Origin: Puccinia triticina | Lineage: Eukaryota | Assembly: GCA_026914245.1 (NCBI GenBank) | Contig: CP110439.1 | Location: 7,564,001 to 7,628,000, forward strand | Direction of reading: 5' to 3' | DNA: 64,000 bases | Shown: piece by piece, positions 1-13,288 of the stretch | Layout of the letters: each line of letters opens with the position of its first letter | Numbering within the stretch: the stretch's first letter is position 1 | The notes under the pieces: generated by a model | What the model saw: the letters and a program-made list of their open reading frames with translations, nothing else | The model's database searches: none | What the model was told of the DNA's origin: nothing | Translations under genes and position numbers: made by a program

Positions 1-378
1 CTTGCTATAGCAGCAGCACCAAGTCCTGCTAGAACACCTGCTTGGGGCTGAAGGAAGATTTGGCTAGTTAACTTGGTGATTGTTAGAAATCAAGAGATGT
101 TTTTATCTTTGCTGGTGCTTTCTTTGGATGTTTTGGGACTTTGATTGGGTTTTGAGGCTTATACCACTTGTGGTACATCTTGCGAGTGAGTTTGATTGCC
201 TCATCAATCCAAGCTTTAGGCCATTTGGCCAGCTTGAATTATTTGTCCTTGAAAGAGGGATGCATAACTGCAAGTTTTGAAAAGATTAGTGTGATGAATG
301 CAAAAAGATTAGATTGGAAGGAGAAAAACAACTCACCCATTGCTATTCTGTAAATGGGTGAAAAGTTGGTGAGGGAAT

Positions 379-516
379 GGAGGACTTCCTGTGCGATCTG
401 GGACTCTTGCAGATGTCAATATAGACCCGAAAAGTCTAGATTTTTGCAGGGAAATCTAGCTTTTTGGGGTCCAGATCACTTCTGGGAGACCCGCAGATTC
501 CGACAGGAAGTCCTCC
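379..516. mobile_element. MITE, TIR GGAGGACTTCCTGT, 3-bp TSD AAT (PIF/Harbinger-like)
   Basis: 14-bp perfect TIR; AAT at 376-378 and 517-519. Removing it restores the hAT frame TAC TAT TCC CTC (YYSL). Confidence 0.85.
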
Positions 517-820
517 AATAGTAATTATTTGTAATACAAGCCCAGCATGGCACATGTTTTGTAATGCAGGAGGGTAAAATGGATCTTCTTTGGCAATTAC
601 AGCTGAAAGGCCCGCTGTGATTTTATCAATGAAGATGACCACTTTGGCCACCCAAGGTGAGGGTTTTGTCAATACTTGAAGTGTCATTTCATAAAACGGT
701 TTAAGGACCTGCACCAGGTCCGCCACCAAGTCAAAGTCTTGCTGGCTCACATGGTTGTTGCAAGGTAAACCAAACTGTTTATCACACTGCCACATAATAC
801 TGCAATACAAAATATGTCAG

Positions 821-1057
821 CACCATGAAAAATATGAGGGAACTAGGTGTCAATATGAGGGAACTAGGTGTCAGGTGACATGAAGCTAATTCCAGCCTTT
901 ATTCCAGCCTTACTCCCAGGAACAATTGTTGAAACCCCCTGATAATGACAAGGGGACCATTGTTATTGAAGGGGTGTATTGTTGGAGGACCACTGGAATT
1001 TCAACACATGTTACTGCATGTCACCTGACACCTATTCACATCAATTTTTTCATGGTG
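821..1057. mobile_element. CACTA/CMC-type MITE (CACCATGAAAAA...TTTTTCATGGTG), TSD CAG
   Basis: Long imperfect TIR including GGTGTCAGGTGACATG/CATGTCACCTGACACC; CAG at 818-820 and 1058-1060; lies in an hAT intron. Confidence 0.8.
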
Positions 1058-2037
1058 CAGTCTGCTTCATCCCTGCAGCTTTGGTAAATAAACTTCATAG
1101 CATTCTTTCATCTGACAATGCTTGACAGCTGCAGGTATGTGGAGTTCCACCGAGTTGGGACATCCCGCTCAACATTGTGAGGCTTCTGGAATCTATTTTC
1201 TTGACAAAGCTGAACAAATTTGGCCTTTGAGTTTGGAAACTTCCTCAATTTGGTTGCAATGGCGCGGAACTGGATAAAATAAAAAAACATTCAGTTGGGG
1301 AGGGTTACAGGAGTGGGAAATTGATTAAACAACCTTTCCAAGGGATCAACAACACAGTCCAAAGTATAAGCATTATCATCTCCTTCTTCTTCAATATCTT
1401 CAAGATCATCCAGAGTGAGCTTTTCATTGTCTGCCAAATCACCATTGGTCCCGCTCATTTCATGGATATCAGTGATCTCCTCTTCATGATCAGATTCACT
1501 ATTTTCTGCATCTGAATTCAACTTTTCAAAAAGATCATGTGCCTCATCTTTGTCATTGGAATTTTCCACCTCAGTCGCTCCAGTGTGGCTATTTTTGATA
1601 TGTGCAAATGGTCAGAGGATTGTCTTGACAAATACAATGAGGTTAAGGATATGTGCAAAGCGCCTTATCCACTCTGGCTCACCTTGGAACTGTTTCCAAT
1701 TAAGTTTCTCCAACTCTGCAATCATTGTCCCGTTGTTTGCCGCGTTTTCGGAAACAATACCAAAGATCTTATGAGATGAATAGACCTTTAGAGGCAGTCA
1801 GACAATGAAAAAGATAAAGGAAAGGTGATTGTACCCGGTTTTGCAATCCAAACCTATCAACAATGTATTGGACTATGCGCGCCAAATATTCACTGGTATG
1901 CCTTTCTTTTGTCCAGCAGCATTGAATTAAGCTTGATGGTGCTGGTACCATCATCTAACAGTTGGTAGATCACCGCCCCAATGATTTCAAATCCATTGGG
2001 TGTTTGCCACGTATTGACACCCAAGTACAGTGCTCCT

Positions 2038-2660
2038 TAGAGAATGTCAACCGGTACCTGGCACCCGCGGGCGGGTACCACCCACACCCGCCAGGCGGTG
2101 CAAGATGCGGTACCAGGTGCCCGTATTTTTGGAAAAAGCGGTGCGGTAACCAGGTACCGCCCCCAAGTACCGCTTTCCCCCGCCAGGTTAATTGGGTAAC
2201 CCTTGGACCCCCGGCCCTTACCCTGCTTTGAGCTGCCCTCAATGACTGGAAATAGACTGGTCATGGGCCAGGTCATCAAGAACGGCCCTGGTACAACCAT
2301 TGAGGGGAGTAACAACTCCCCTCAATGAAAAGTGTGTAATGCTTGTTGGGGGAGTACCCTCAATGACCATGACCAACCTGTTTGAGAACCGGAACAGGTT
2401 GTTCATTGCTGTTCTGGTCATTGAGAGGTCCTCCCCTCAATGACAGACCTGTTTCAGTCATCAAGGGGAGGAACTCATGATGACACATCCATTCTGGTCA
2501 TCAAGGACCCCCTTGATGAAAAAAAATCCGGCGGGTACCGCTGTTACCCGCCTAAAAAACCCGTGGTACCCGCCAGGCAGTGCCGGGTGCCCGTTTTTGG
2601 CACAAACTGCGCGGGTACCGGCGGTGTAAATGGTACCTGGGTCTGTTTTGACATTCTCTA
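2038..2660. mobile_element. Non-autonomous hAT element (TIR TAGAGAATGTCAA), GGTACC-rich subtermini, internal palindrome array
   Basis: 13-bp TIR; 8-bp TSD GTGCTCCT/GTGCCCCT (1 mismatch); splits the KGA|LYLG motif of the host transposase. Confidence 0.85.
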
Positions 2661-3748
2661 GTGCCCCTTTGTGGACCTGAATCACACAAGCCATTATTCT
2701 AAACATTCCAAATAAATAAAAACAGAGGATAAAAGTGTAGAAAACTCACCCTCAATTCCTGGGATAGTTTCTCCTGAACACACAAATAGAGCCTGTGAAT
2801 CGCAGTTGAAACCATTTTTTGATTGGGGAGATGAATCAAGATTGTTGAATGCAAAATTTTCTTTAGAGTTGAATTACGGAATAAAGAGACTAGATCCAAA
2901 TAGAGAGAAGAGAAATATGAGGGAAGATAAGAAATCTATAAAAGTTATTTTCTTTATGAGTCTATGCCTAGTAGGCGGATTTTCACTAGTCTTTTGAAGA
3001 CTTTCTGTAGCCTAATCAAGTTGACCTCTTCAATAAAATATATAAAAGGAACAAGCAAAATATATATTGGATTGTGATGTTTTATTGTAGGCCAAAGAAG
3101 CTCTGAGGGTTTTTACCATCAAACCCAAATAAAATTTTATTTGGAAGATATAGATCATTCAAAAGACGGAGATTCTAGATATATAATGATTTAACTAAAT
3201 ATCAGAGATCTCCTAATTACTGATTGGAAACTTAAGGAATGAGGTACCTAAGTGCTGTCTCTAGCAAGCACAAGTAATAAACGACTTATTTTCTGAGGTG
3301 TATAGAGATAGAGGAAAAGTTTAATGTTATGAGAGATCAAGAAAGATCATTAGTAAACTAATCATACTTGAATTCTGATCCTACCTTAATTAGGATATAA
3401 CTAGGTTGATGAGGTCAACCAGCTAGTAATAATATAATCAAAAGGTGTTTGGAGTTCTTTGTAGAATAGGTATCAAAAATGGTTTGTTCTGTTTTCTCTG
3501 AGGAGCGGGAAGAATCTTTTCTCATTCCAATCTTATCAATCTCTTTGAGTTCTCCGCGCTAGCCAAACAGATATTGACACCGGCTTCGTAATTGTACTTA
3601 GTCTGACCTCTGAAGCTTGTTACTTGTATCTGTTTAATTTTATAATCTAATTCTTAGCTCCTATTTAGGTTTGTGATCATACATAATAGACTATTGTTTG
3701 CTCATTTACAATAGCACACACACATTCATCTCACTCAATGGTGCTTTT

Positions 3749-3899
3749 GGAGGACTTCCTGTCAATCTGGAAAGTCAGCTCTGAGCCGCCAGATTTCAGA
3801 TTTTGCAGGGAAATCTAGGTCCCCAAAGATCCCCAAAGTTCAGATTTTCCTTCAAAATCTGAAATTCCAGCTTTATTCAATAGTGACTAGAAGTCCTCC
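3749..3899. mobile_element. Second, more diverged copy of the GGAGGACTTC MITE
   Basis: Begins GGAGGACTTCCTGTC, ends GAAGTCCTCC, and shares the internal TTTTGCAGGGAAATCTAG with 379-516. Confidence 0.75.
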
Positions 3900-4290
3900 A
3901 TTGTCTGTCCATTCATCTTTCTCAATGGTGCTCTAGTCTCAAATCTAACAATATTTATTCACAAGAGGGGGTCTCAAATATGACCAAAACCACCTTTACG
4001 TAATTGACTGGTCTGAAAAACCCCATTATTTTTAAAACATGTTTTTCCTTCACATACCCCATTTTGAGATCCATTAATGGTGATGAATTTGATTTTTGGC
4101 TAAAATTGGTTTCCAATTATAGTTTCTCATATTTGATACCCCCTAATGAGACCTTTTGGACATGGACAGCTGCTTCACCCTGGCTGTTGTTCATCAGTTC
4201 CAGCACCTCAAGCTCTACCTTAATGGCAGACCTTAGCTACTTCATACTGGGGAACAACTTCGGGACACCCAGTTGTGGCTTGACCATTAA

Positions 4291-5023
4291 TCACCACTCA
4301 GCAAGTCCACAGAGCACCTTTTCTGTAAAAGTCCGTTTGAACACTTTCAGAAACATCTGCTTGGTTGTCCCCATATTGGTGGTCACAATCTTGTTCCGCT
4401 CCAAGCAGCAAAGAACCTGGTTGAAGCTGGTGATGTAAGAGATGTACTCCACTCTGGTTTGAATGCCATCTTTTACTGCACATTCTGAGGCCACCCTTTT
4501 CAAGTTGCTCTCGTTTTACCTAGGTCTGCAGTCCTCCCATTTCTCAAGCATCTTGTCCTTCAGCTTGGTCCAATCCATCTTTTTGAACCCCTTCATGTCC
4601 TTCACTTCCCGCAAGTCCTTGCCTTCTGGAAAGAAGTTGACCACCTGGTATCCCTTATCCGCATTAGTCAGGTTTTCCTGTACCACCACCCTCTCAAACC
4701 AGTCAATACAGCACTCCACCTCTTTCGTCAAAAACTTAAGATGTGGATAATCCTGCGGCTGTATTGGTTCCCCAGTCGGCAAAGGAACCTGCTGGATGTT
4801 GTCTGCCTAGCACTTTGTCCATGGTCTTGTGTTTGAGAGTTTCTTGGTGTATGCCGTAAGTTCTGCTTGATGTTCCCACTACAGGGTCCATTCTTCCAGT
4901 CGCCGCAGCTGGTCTGCTGTTAAAACTGCCACAATTGACGTAGTTGGAGAGAATTGACTCCGCACTAATGAAAATGGTAGTTGTCCTAGAAAATTTCTTG
5001 GTCTTGCTGCTGCTCCTAACCAC
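4291..5023 (-). pseudogene. Degenerate TE-derived ORF, possibly LTR-retrotransposon gag
   Basis: Broken helical, charged ORFs (KLKDKMLEKWED; SYITSFNQVLCCLERNKIV) next to short tandem repeats and an LTR-like segment. No diagnostic motif. Confidence 0.35.
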
Positions 5024-5467
5024 AATTGTCAGCCTTGAGCTGATGAAGAAGATACTTCACTGCGCCAAAAGGCTACTTCATTAACCTCTGCGCAGAAGGT
5101 AACCACCTTACTGTGCCATAAGGAGCGCGGACAGGAGCGCAAACCTGAACGCGAACAGGAGCGCGAACCAGAGCGCAAACAAAGACGCTTTCAGGAGAAT
5201 AAGACTAGCCATGTAAAGGCTAAGATGAGAAAGTCCGCGATGAATAGCGGACCCTCAACTCAAAACAGAAACACTACTCCCTATTAAGGGATTAGTATCC
5301 TTAATGAATACCAAACTATTCCCTACCGGAATAGTTATCCAAGCGCGAAGTACGCAAACCCAAGGGATCTCGCTACAAAGAGATCCCCCAGATTTTTTGA
5401 TAGACTTAGATTACTAAGAATCAACGATCCACTCGCCTACCAAGCCCAAGCAATTACAACTACAGGT

Positions 5468-5866
5468 TGTGATTGGGGCTTTATATCTCCCATCTCTCTT
5501 TCTCTTTGCTTCATCATTCTTCCCTCTACTCCTATTCTTTGACCCTTTTCCCCTCCAAACTCTTGCGCTATTCCTATCTACCCGTAGTTCTAACCGTATT
5601 AGCTTCCCTTTAGTTTGCTATCTTCCACTGCCTGCTCTATTCTGTCATTCAGAGGTAGTCACAGAAAGACTACCCCTGACAACAATTGTGTTTCAAAAAC
5701 CCCAGTTGATGATTCCTTGGTTTTTCCCACGGTTACTGTGTCTCCACTGTCTGACAAACTGCCTTCTCCAATTTGTGATTCTTTGTTGCCTGGAGTAAAG
5801 AAATCTTCTTCCAAAGAGCTCATTCACTGATTCTGCATGTAAGTAGTTCCTGAGTCACCAATAACA
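5468..5866. mobile_element. Possible LTR (TGTGATTGG...CCAATAACA)
   Basis: TG...CA ends with 8/9 inverted match; no TSD found. Confidence 0.35.
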
Positions 5867-6094
5867 ACACAAATTTGGGTTTTTGGCCAGAACCCCACTG
5901 GTGATAATTAAGTTTGGGTAGTGTGTAGAAATGACCACTTCCGCCTTCTTCAAGAATTTATTTATCCGGGCTGAGTGATTATCAATGTCTTGGCTCTGTA
6001 ATGCTATGTTCCACTAGCCTTCAGCGCTCTGCAATGAGCCTGATCTATAGTGTAATAATCCGCAATTGATGAAGCTCTGCACTCCGCAAGCACA

Positions 6095-6339
6095 CACTAC
6101 ATGTAAAAGTCAAGCAAGTGCCACCAGTTGACATGTGAGAGCGCTAAGGAATATGGTGATGGAAATTCAGCCTTTGTCATAGTTTTCCATTGACCAAGCT
6201 TCAATGCACAGTCACTGTGAATCATGCACAGTGACTGTGCCAAAAAAACTGATGTCTGCTTGAGCAGAGATAAAATGGAAGTTACACTGGAGAATGCCTC
6301 ATGTCAACTGCTGTCACTTGCCTGACTTCCGCAGTAGCA
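6095..6339. mobile_element. CACTA-type MITE relic
   Basis: CACTAC left end; inverted arms AAGTCAAGCAAGTGCCACCAGTTGACATG / CATGTCAACTGCTGTCACTTGCCTGACTT. Confidence 0.6.
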
Positions 6340-6389
6340 ATCAAGTAAGCAAAATAAGGGTCACATAAAACTCTTGCAGATGTCGCCCG

Positions 6390-6962
6390 TCAACATCCCC
6401 AGAGCAAATCTGAGAGAGGCCCCTCCACGCGGATGTTGTGCCCTAGGACGACGGCATGACCACTATTTGTTAAAGTTTCTTGTATGCGTGAGACGACCTC
6501 GCGCCACGTTAGGTGAAATCGGCAGTCGCCCAATTGATACCTAAAAAGGGAAGACCTGGCGGTGCCGACCTCTGCCAGCCATTGTTTTGTGGCTTTCACC
6601 GGGCACAGGACCCCTTTCTGCGTTGTCAAGACGATCAACTGAGGGCAACCCGGAGCCGCTCTCTTAGCTGACCTGATCGTCCACGTTGCCACCTTGCCTA
6701 GAGACGGGTCGGTAGAGAAGGCCACATCTGAAGTCAACAAGGAAGAGCCGTACGGCAGGGGACCTGATCTCGTGGTGTATGTGATTTCCGCAAAACGTGC
6801 CAAGCCCCAGAAGGCAGCAATGGCCAAGTCCGCAACCGCTCTCTCCAAGTTGTCGCCCCCGAGACGCAAATTCGCGACCGCGACGATTTGCCACAGCATT
6901 ACTGCGGGCTTAGGTTTTGAGGAACACCTGCTGGGCGGGAATTCAATTGACAAATAAGTCAC
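6390..6962 (-). pseudogene. Tyrosine recombinase fragment (DIRS/Ngaro-type YR retrotransposon)
   Basis: DLAIAAFWGLARFAEITY (box I Arg), SAKRA, LCPVKA and GHNIRVEG (degenerate GHSFRxGG); truncated. Confidence 0.75.
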
Positions 6963-7062
6963 TCTTACAGACTGCTCTCCGCTTTACCAAGTTGCTATGA
7001 GTTTACATTTCTCTTGATCAAACTTTACTCTTGTTTGATTGATTCTGATTGCAGTTTTTTTA

Positions 7063-7702
7063 GTTATTCATCCGTCTTTCAAGGATGAATATTTCAAACT
7101 GGCCAAGTTGCAACCAGAATGGATTTCCAAAGCTATCCGGCTTGCTTTTGAGATGTGGGAAACTCACTAAAAAAGCTGACCTCAAGAAAAAATGTTGCAA
7201 GAGTCCAATGCTGCAGGAAAGATTAGTAATATTTTCCTCAAAGTCCTTTTCAAGCTTAAGTGGTCCACTCTGCACAGTGGCCTCATACCAGTGTGCTTGC
7301 CATGCTTAGTGGCGCGTCTGGCGTCTGAAGTGCAATCAGGGCAGTTCTCAAATGACCTGCCCAGCATGTGGCTTTCTGGCAGTTTGCATCTGGATTTGGA
7401 AGGACTTCCAGTCAATTCCCTTAAATGGTGGATCACACAGGGGTGTTGTTGAAATTATCACAGAGATCTAATTCAGATGGCAATCAATGTACTAAGCGTT
7501 CCAGGTGAGAATTTTAATTTTGGTTTTTGAATTGTAATTTGTTTCTATCTAACTAATTAACTGCCATCTATACAACAGCAATCCTGGTGGATGTCAAAAT
7601 ATTTTTTGGCTTTGGAAGGAGTAATGTGTCCAACCAAAGGTACAGCCTCAGTGTGTCATTTTTCACTACAGGGATGGCCATGGCATTTTACTCAAAGAAT
7701 GG
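7063..7702 (+). pseudogene. hAT transposase C-terminal fragment with dimerisation domain
   Basis: VIHPSFKDEYFKLAK (same family as 1-2899), NSLKWWITQ, QMAINVLSVP, then a GT-AG intron and FGFGRSNVSNQRYSLS..MAFYSKNG. Confidence 0.8.
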
Positions 7703-8460
7703 TGTGGTGATTTATATAGGCATGCGTGGTAGAATGTCCACTTGGGGATAGCTGGGTGGGAATGCACAGAGTGGCTCAGGCAGAGTGCATTCCGGTGACA
7801 TAAGCACTGAGGATGATGTCAGAAAAGCACACTAAGAAATCTTACGGAAAGTCACACGCGGACTGGAATGCACAAATTGCGGATTGGGTATTTCGGCCGG
7901 AGCGGAAAGACAGGGCTGGACTACACACTTGGACTGGTAGCAGCAGCACGTCAGCAGGTGAGCTACGACAGTCAAAGCGGGTTCCACCAGCGGGTGGAAC
8001 TGGGGTGGAGGCGGTGGTGAGAGACTGACTGGCGGGGGATAGACAGAGGACGGTGGGAGGTGAAGCGTTGGAGATGAGTGGAGTCTGGGAGAATGACGTG
8101 CGGAAAGCGGGCGGAGCTGAAGGACTAGTGCGGGAAAGTGTCAGATTCGCGGGATTGGGTGGGAACGGTGATGTGCGTGGAGGGAAGGACGGGAAAAGGC
8201 TCATGGATTCCTCTTCTCTTTCCTTATCCTATCATCTTACGGATTACTCATTATTGTACTTACAGAGACGGACGTACTAGAGTATTAGGAGAGTTATATG
8301 TGACCTTATCTTTACTTTCAGAGCTACTTGCGGATTCTGTTCTTGCAGAGTGCAGAGCTTTTATTCACTTGCGGATTATTATGCTATAGATCAGGCTCAG
8401 AGAGAAGCGCTGAAGGCTAGCGGATAGTAGCAGTGCGGAGCCAAGACACCAATAATCACA
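7703..8460. mobile_element. Probable solo LTR / LTR fragment
   Basis: Abrupt start TGTGGTG where the hAT frame ends; ends AATCACA; no TSD found. Confidence 0.35.
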
Positions 8461-9241
8461 CAGCCCAGATGCAAATATTCTTGAAGAGGGCAGTTAGCGG
8501 ACATTTCCGCCGACATACCAGCCTTTATTCTCACAACGGTCTGATTAAAAAGGGTGTTTTGCGTTGATGGAAGCAATAACATACCAAAAAAGGAAAGGAG
8601 AAGGATATCCAAGAATTAAAAGTATAATGATTGACTAGGAGAAGTGTTTTGAATGATTTTAGAAATGAGGATGAACATGATTAGTGACAAATCTACTGCT
8701 GGTAAGCCTGGCTACCTGCACCTGGTGCTATTATCAAATCTACTGCTTGTAAGCCCAGGTGCCATATTCCATCTCTGACCACAATGTTTTGGTGGCACTA
8801 ATATCAGCAGTGCACTGTTCTAGGAAGGAAAGAGGCTTTCCAGCTTCTTTGGAGAATGATTGTGGGGTATTTTTATCAAACTCACATTGCAGGAGTGATT
8901 GTGGGGATGTTGAAATGTAATAGCACATACATTACAGCCTTGTCATATTTCCTTGCTTTCCCTGCCAATTCCAGTCAGGGTTGGGTTCTGTTTGTGGGGC
9001 TCTTTTGGTCCTGTTTCTTTTTCTCCTAATGAATTTCTGCAATATGTTATGGTCTGATCTGTGGAGAGGAAGAGATAGTCTCGGATCTGGGGTTCTGGGG
9101 GTTCTGGATCCAATATGTTAGATTGCAGAAGGAGGAAGGAGTGTGGATCTCCAGCCTCTCAAACTGAAACCATGAGTGTGTGGTCAGTGACATGTAAGTG
9201 ATAGCTATGTATATGAGAGTCTGCGCTATGGTCAAGTTGTA

Positions 9242-12200
9242 CACCCCGGGCGCACAAGAACGTCTGGGGACGTGCTGATCTTTACGTCTCAGGACAGGAG
9301 CTCCCCTGCAACAACATAAGGCCAAGATACGGGCCCCGTGCCAGGCCCCACAAAGGCTCCATGGAGCTGTCTTCCACCCCCTCATGTACTTTGCCGCCTG
9401 AATCCAACGTCACAAGACGTAAGCAGCTGAAGTTAGTCAACTGCTTGCAGCACATCCACCAAACGGGGCGGCCAGACCAGACGGCCACTATACAGTGGCT
9501 CAAATACCACACGTCCGAGATCAATGCACACCATATCTACGGCATGCTACTACAAATACCGCTTGCAACCGTTGGTGACAGGATAAAGCTGGCGGAAAAT
9601 CTTTCAAAATTTGTCCGCTCGCGCACAGTGGCGGCACGCAATGGGCCGCCAATAAGAAGTGAAGGAGAGTGGGGGCTTTATTGCGCACATATGAGGGATA
9701 GAAAATAAATCTGCCCGGACAAACACAATAAAAAAACTATGAAACAGAAAGTAAAAAAAAAAATAGTATGGACACAAGCAAAACAGAAAGTACAAAAGAA
9801 GAGAGAAATAGAAGTTGTATGTACAGGGGGGCAAAACCAAAATATGCACAGATGGAGAGTCAACACTTAGCGTGTTGCGGAGCCAGGAGTCAGACTGGCC
9901 ACTGTGTTATCTTCTGTGATAATGGCCATCTTTGCCATTACTTTGAGCTCGGTGTGTGGAGGAGATACTTTGATGGTACTGCCACCCAAGTGTGGCGGAT
10001 GACGGGAGGGCTGAGCCGGTTTTCAGATGTAAAATGAGGTGGTGAGGTTGAGGATGATTTGCGGGATTGGGATCCGTTGAGAAGATGTCTAAGGGTTGGG
10101 AGACCCTTCACTGTTTGGAGGCGGAGGGAAAAGGCAGTGAGGCCTTGGAGCGGTTCTAGAAACAATCTTGGGGGCTTTATTTCATAGAGCTAGCTCAGTC
10201 AGAGAGGGATCAGTCCGGGGTCTCTCTACACACAAGATGAATCATAGAAGAAGGAGAAGAAACGGAGTGAGAAGCTTACCTAGCTCAGTGAGAGAGGGAT
10301 CATTTCAGGGTCTCTACTGAGCTATGTGGGGAGTGGGGAAGTGTGGACTATATAGATGAGAGCTTATATAATCAAAGGAAAGTCTAGTGTAACCTTGTGA
10401 AATCCAAGAGGAGCGCGGGGCTTCACAAGATGGTCTAGCAAGGGGGAGTTGGTATTGGGCTGATGAGGTTTGTGATCAGATTTGGTGGGTTATCCTTGAA
10501 GGACTGTTCAAATGGATTGGGCTCAAGGTCAAACTTGGACTGGATCTGGGGAAGACTGGTCCAGTGTGGAACTTCTACGCAAGGCGTGATCTGAGCTTGG
10601 AAGGGAATAACAGAAAAACTAAGTAAGATTAAGCTATATGGTGCTTGAAGGGCTACCTTCCTGGAATAAGCTCTGGGAGAATGTACACTAGAATTTTATA
10701 GTGTGGCGCAATCTACTGGTTTATTCTATTATCTAGCTTTTTCAGAACCTAAGAACCAGGTTTTGTGCGCATAAAAAGAGATGTTATAATTTGGCGTGAT
10801 TGAGTTTGTTATTAAGGGCAAGTTATATTTATCAATTTCTAAATTTATGATCTAAGTCTTAACTATGATTTTCTAACTATAATATTGTGATGAATGGGGA
10901 AGTAATCTCTTAATATTACTATTTAGTGCAAGCATGGGGAAAAAAGAAACAGGAAGGGGCAAGGAAGGCCTCCTTTTATAGATGAAAACTTGTCTGAGAG
11001 TGGTTTTTGTGATGTACAATAATGTATGTAGCATGAAATAAAATATCAGAGTGTGAAAAAGAAATTAATCTAGTGTGAAAAGAAATTAATGTAATGTGAA
11101 ATAAAATGGCTACTTTGGGAAAGATGATCACGTCTAAGATGAGATTTACCAAACATGTGAATGCAAATCATTGAGGGGAAATATGTGCAAAAACAAAACA
11201 GGCTGAAGTGGCTGTGCGCCTAGTATGAGTATGAATCTTAGTGTGAAACTGATGATTTACTGTGCTAATTTGTGGCGTGATTGATTCCTGCTGAGTGGAC
11301 TATCACAGGTTTTCTGGGTGATAAAAAGATGTGAAATCTAAGAGAAAAGATTTAATGTAAAGTATTTGTACTAAAGATATTTAATATGTAGTTTGTATTG
11401 TACTTTATTATATAAAACTATACTATTTTGGCCCTGTTGATGGTTGATTGATCTCACCACACCGGGGATTGGGCAAGGGTGGTACACCACGGATGGACAT
11501 GGAGCGGTGTTCTGATTGGATGGCAGCAAAGGCAAAAGGGCAAATAGGAATTTGATCAGTAATCATCCACGCAGAAGGATATATGAGAGCAAGGGACGGA
11601 GAGGTTGATTGAGAGAGGATCTGGGGATGGGCAGAAGCACGAAGGAGAAGGTAGAAGCCAGAGGAAATACAGAGGGAAGGAGATGGTTCTGATGGCCAGA
11701 AGAGATGACCAACTATGTGTAGGGTGTTTGAGTGAGCTTTTATATAGCGGTGTCAGACAATGGACGGATTGAGAACAGATTTGCCTGCGCTGCTCAATGG
11801 CCCTACCCCTGTCCAAGCTGAGAACTTGGTCTCTCATACCAGCCTTACCCCTTTGATGGATATCGAAAATAATAATAATCTTATTGTGCCACTTTGTGGC
11901 TTGGAGCCATGCCCGTGATGAGGATGTGGTGTAATACCATGCACGTAGTTGGGTGGTCTTATTGCCAGGTTAAGTACAGGGCATTTTCTTTTGGACGGTG
12001 GGCCGGCACTGTCTTGCAACACTGTTGTAAGGTGGTGAGATTGCCGGCTCATTGACGGCAGCTTGTGCCTGAAGGGGCTCAGAGGTCTGTTGTGTGGGGG
12101 GCTAGCCTTACCCCGTTGGGAGATGGCAATTAGCGGTCTTGCCTCATTGGGACCGGGTTTTGCCAGAGCTGCGGCGACTCGATGTCGAATTATTCACTGC

Positions 12201-12461
12201 CAGCATAATTGGCTGGGTTGAGGTTATCCCAGTTAAACTGCGATGAAATCAACCAATTTAAACTTGGTTGATCTCAACTGATGAAATATAAATCCAAGGT
12301 ACCCCCCTTGGGTTTATATTTCATTGGATGAGATCAACCCATTTTAAATTGGTTGAGTGCATCCCAGTTAAACTGGGATGACTTCATCCCAGCCAAATAT
12401 GCTGGCAGTGATTGCGTTGGGCATTTTGACGACGAACTTTGAAAATTGTGCACCCGTGGTG
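9242..12461. mobile_element. Non-autonomous TIR element (CACCCCGGGCGCACAA / TTGTGCACCCGTGGTG) flanked by TA, with nested insertions
   Basis: 14/16 TIR; TA at 9240-41 and 12462-63; the interior holds LTR-like AT-rich relics and a fold-back MITE. Confidence 0.55.
12195..12410. mobile_element. Fold-back CACTG...CAGTG MITE, TSD ATT
   Basis: Whole-element imperfect palindrome centred near CCAAGG-TACCC-CCTTGG; ATT at 12192-94 and 12411-13. Confidence 0.85.
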
Positions 12462-13288
12462 TAATCATAAAATTTTCAATTCATAAAATCATAAAATCAT
12501 GAAACTTTTAAGTGATAATTTTGCATGCAGCATTCCAGAAATAATGCTCTGCTTTGAGTGTTTGGGTGGTACATATTTTTTCAGCTTGGAAGTTTATGAT
12601 TTTATGCTGTGATGATTTTATGCAAGTCAACTTTGAATAACATAAGAGTATAGCTCATAACAACAGCTCATAACATTTGTGTGAGGATGGAGAGAACCAA
12701 GTTGACAATCATGGATGGCTTGACTGTGTTTTGAAGTTTGGGGAACATTCCCTGTAGACCAATGAGCACTGAAGATTGCAAAGCTGTGCCCTTGAAGTTT
12801 CTATGCTAAAAAAAAACAGAAAATAGAAAATGGCCTGCTTTCAAATTGGCGGGAAGTCCTCCAGTAATGTGTATTTACATTCCTGTATTGTTTTTGAATA
12901 GTGATACATGCACAGTCACGAACCAGAGCTGATTCTTATCGGCTTTCAACATATAAATGGAGCCCGCTTTTCTCCTGATCATCCAAGGTGTTTATTTTTC
13001 AACTCCAAAAAAGTTATTGCCCGGAATAAAAAGAAGAGCCACTCGAACCCGTGAGTTACCAGAAGAAGAAAAAAACGACTGGGAAACCTGAGAGAGAAAA
13101 AGGGGGGAAGAGAAGGAGTACAAAAGGGCTTATGTATTAACATTTCTGATTGTCATGATTCACAATGACCGGGAATCATCCATTTATATGTTTATACGCG
13201 GCAACTGTTTTGCTGACAAAAAAGCAGAAAGCGGGCAGTATGTATGTATGTGTGTGAGTATGTGTGTGTGCAAGAACGTGGAGAGAAA

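Larger units (their letters stand above)
1..2899 (-). pseudogene. Decayed hAT-superfamily transposase (spliced, interrupted by three nested insertions, runs off window start)
   Basis: Minus-strand fragments show hAT-like motifs: KGALYLGV(D>N)TWQTPNG, KERHTSEYLARIV, RAIATKLRK..ERDVPTRWNSTY, QVLKPFYEMTLQ, NYYSLTNFSPIYRIAM, HPSFKDK*FKLAKWP. Stops and frameshifts are present. Confidence 0.85.

Noticed and set aside
10189..10320. Two TAGCTCAGT-containing direct repeats resembling tRNA A boxes
   Set aside because: No cloverleaf or B box; they look like internal repeats of an LTR-type relic.
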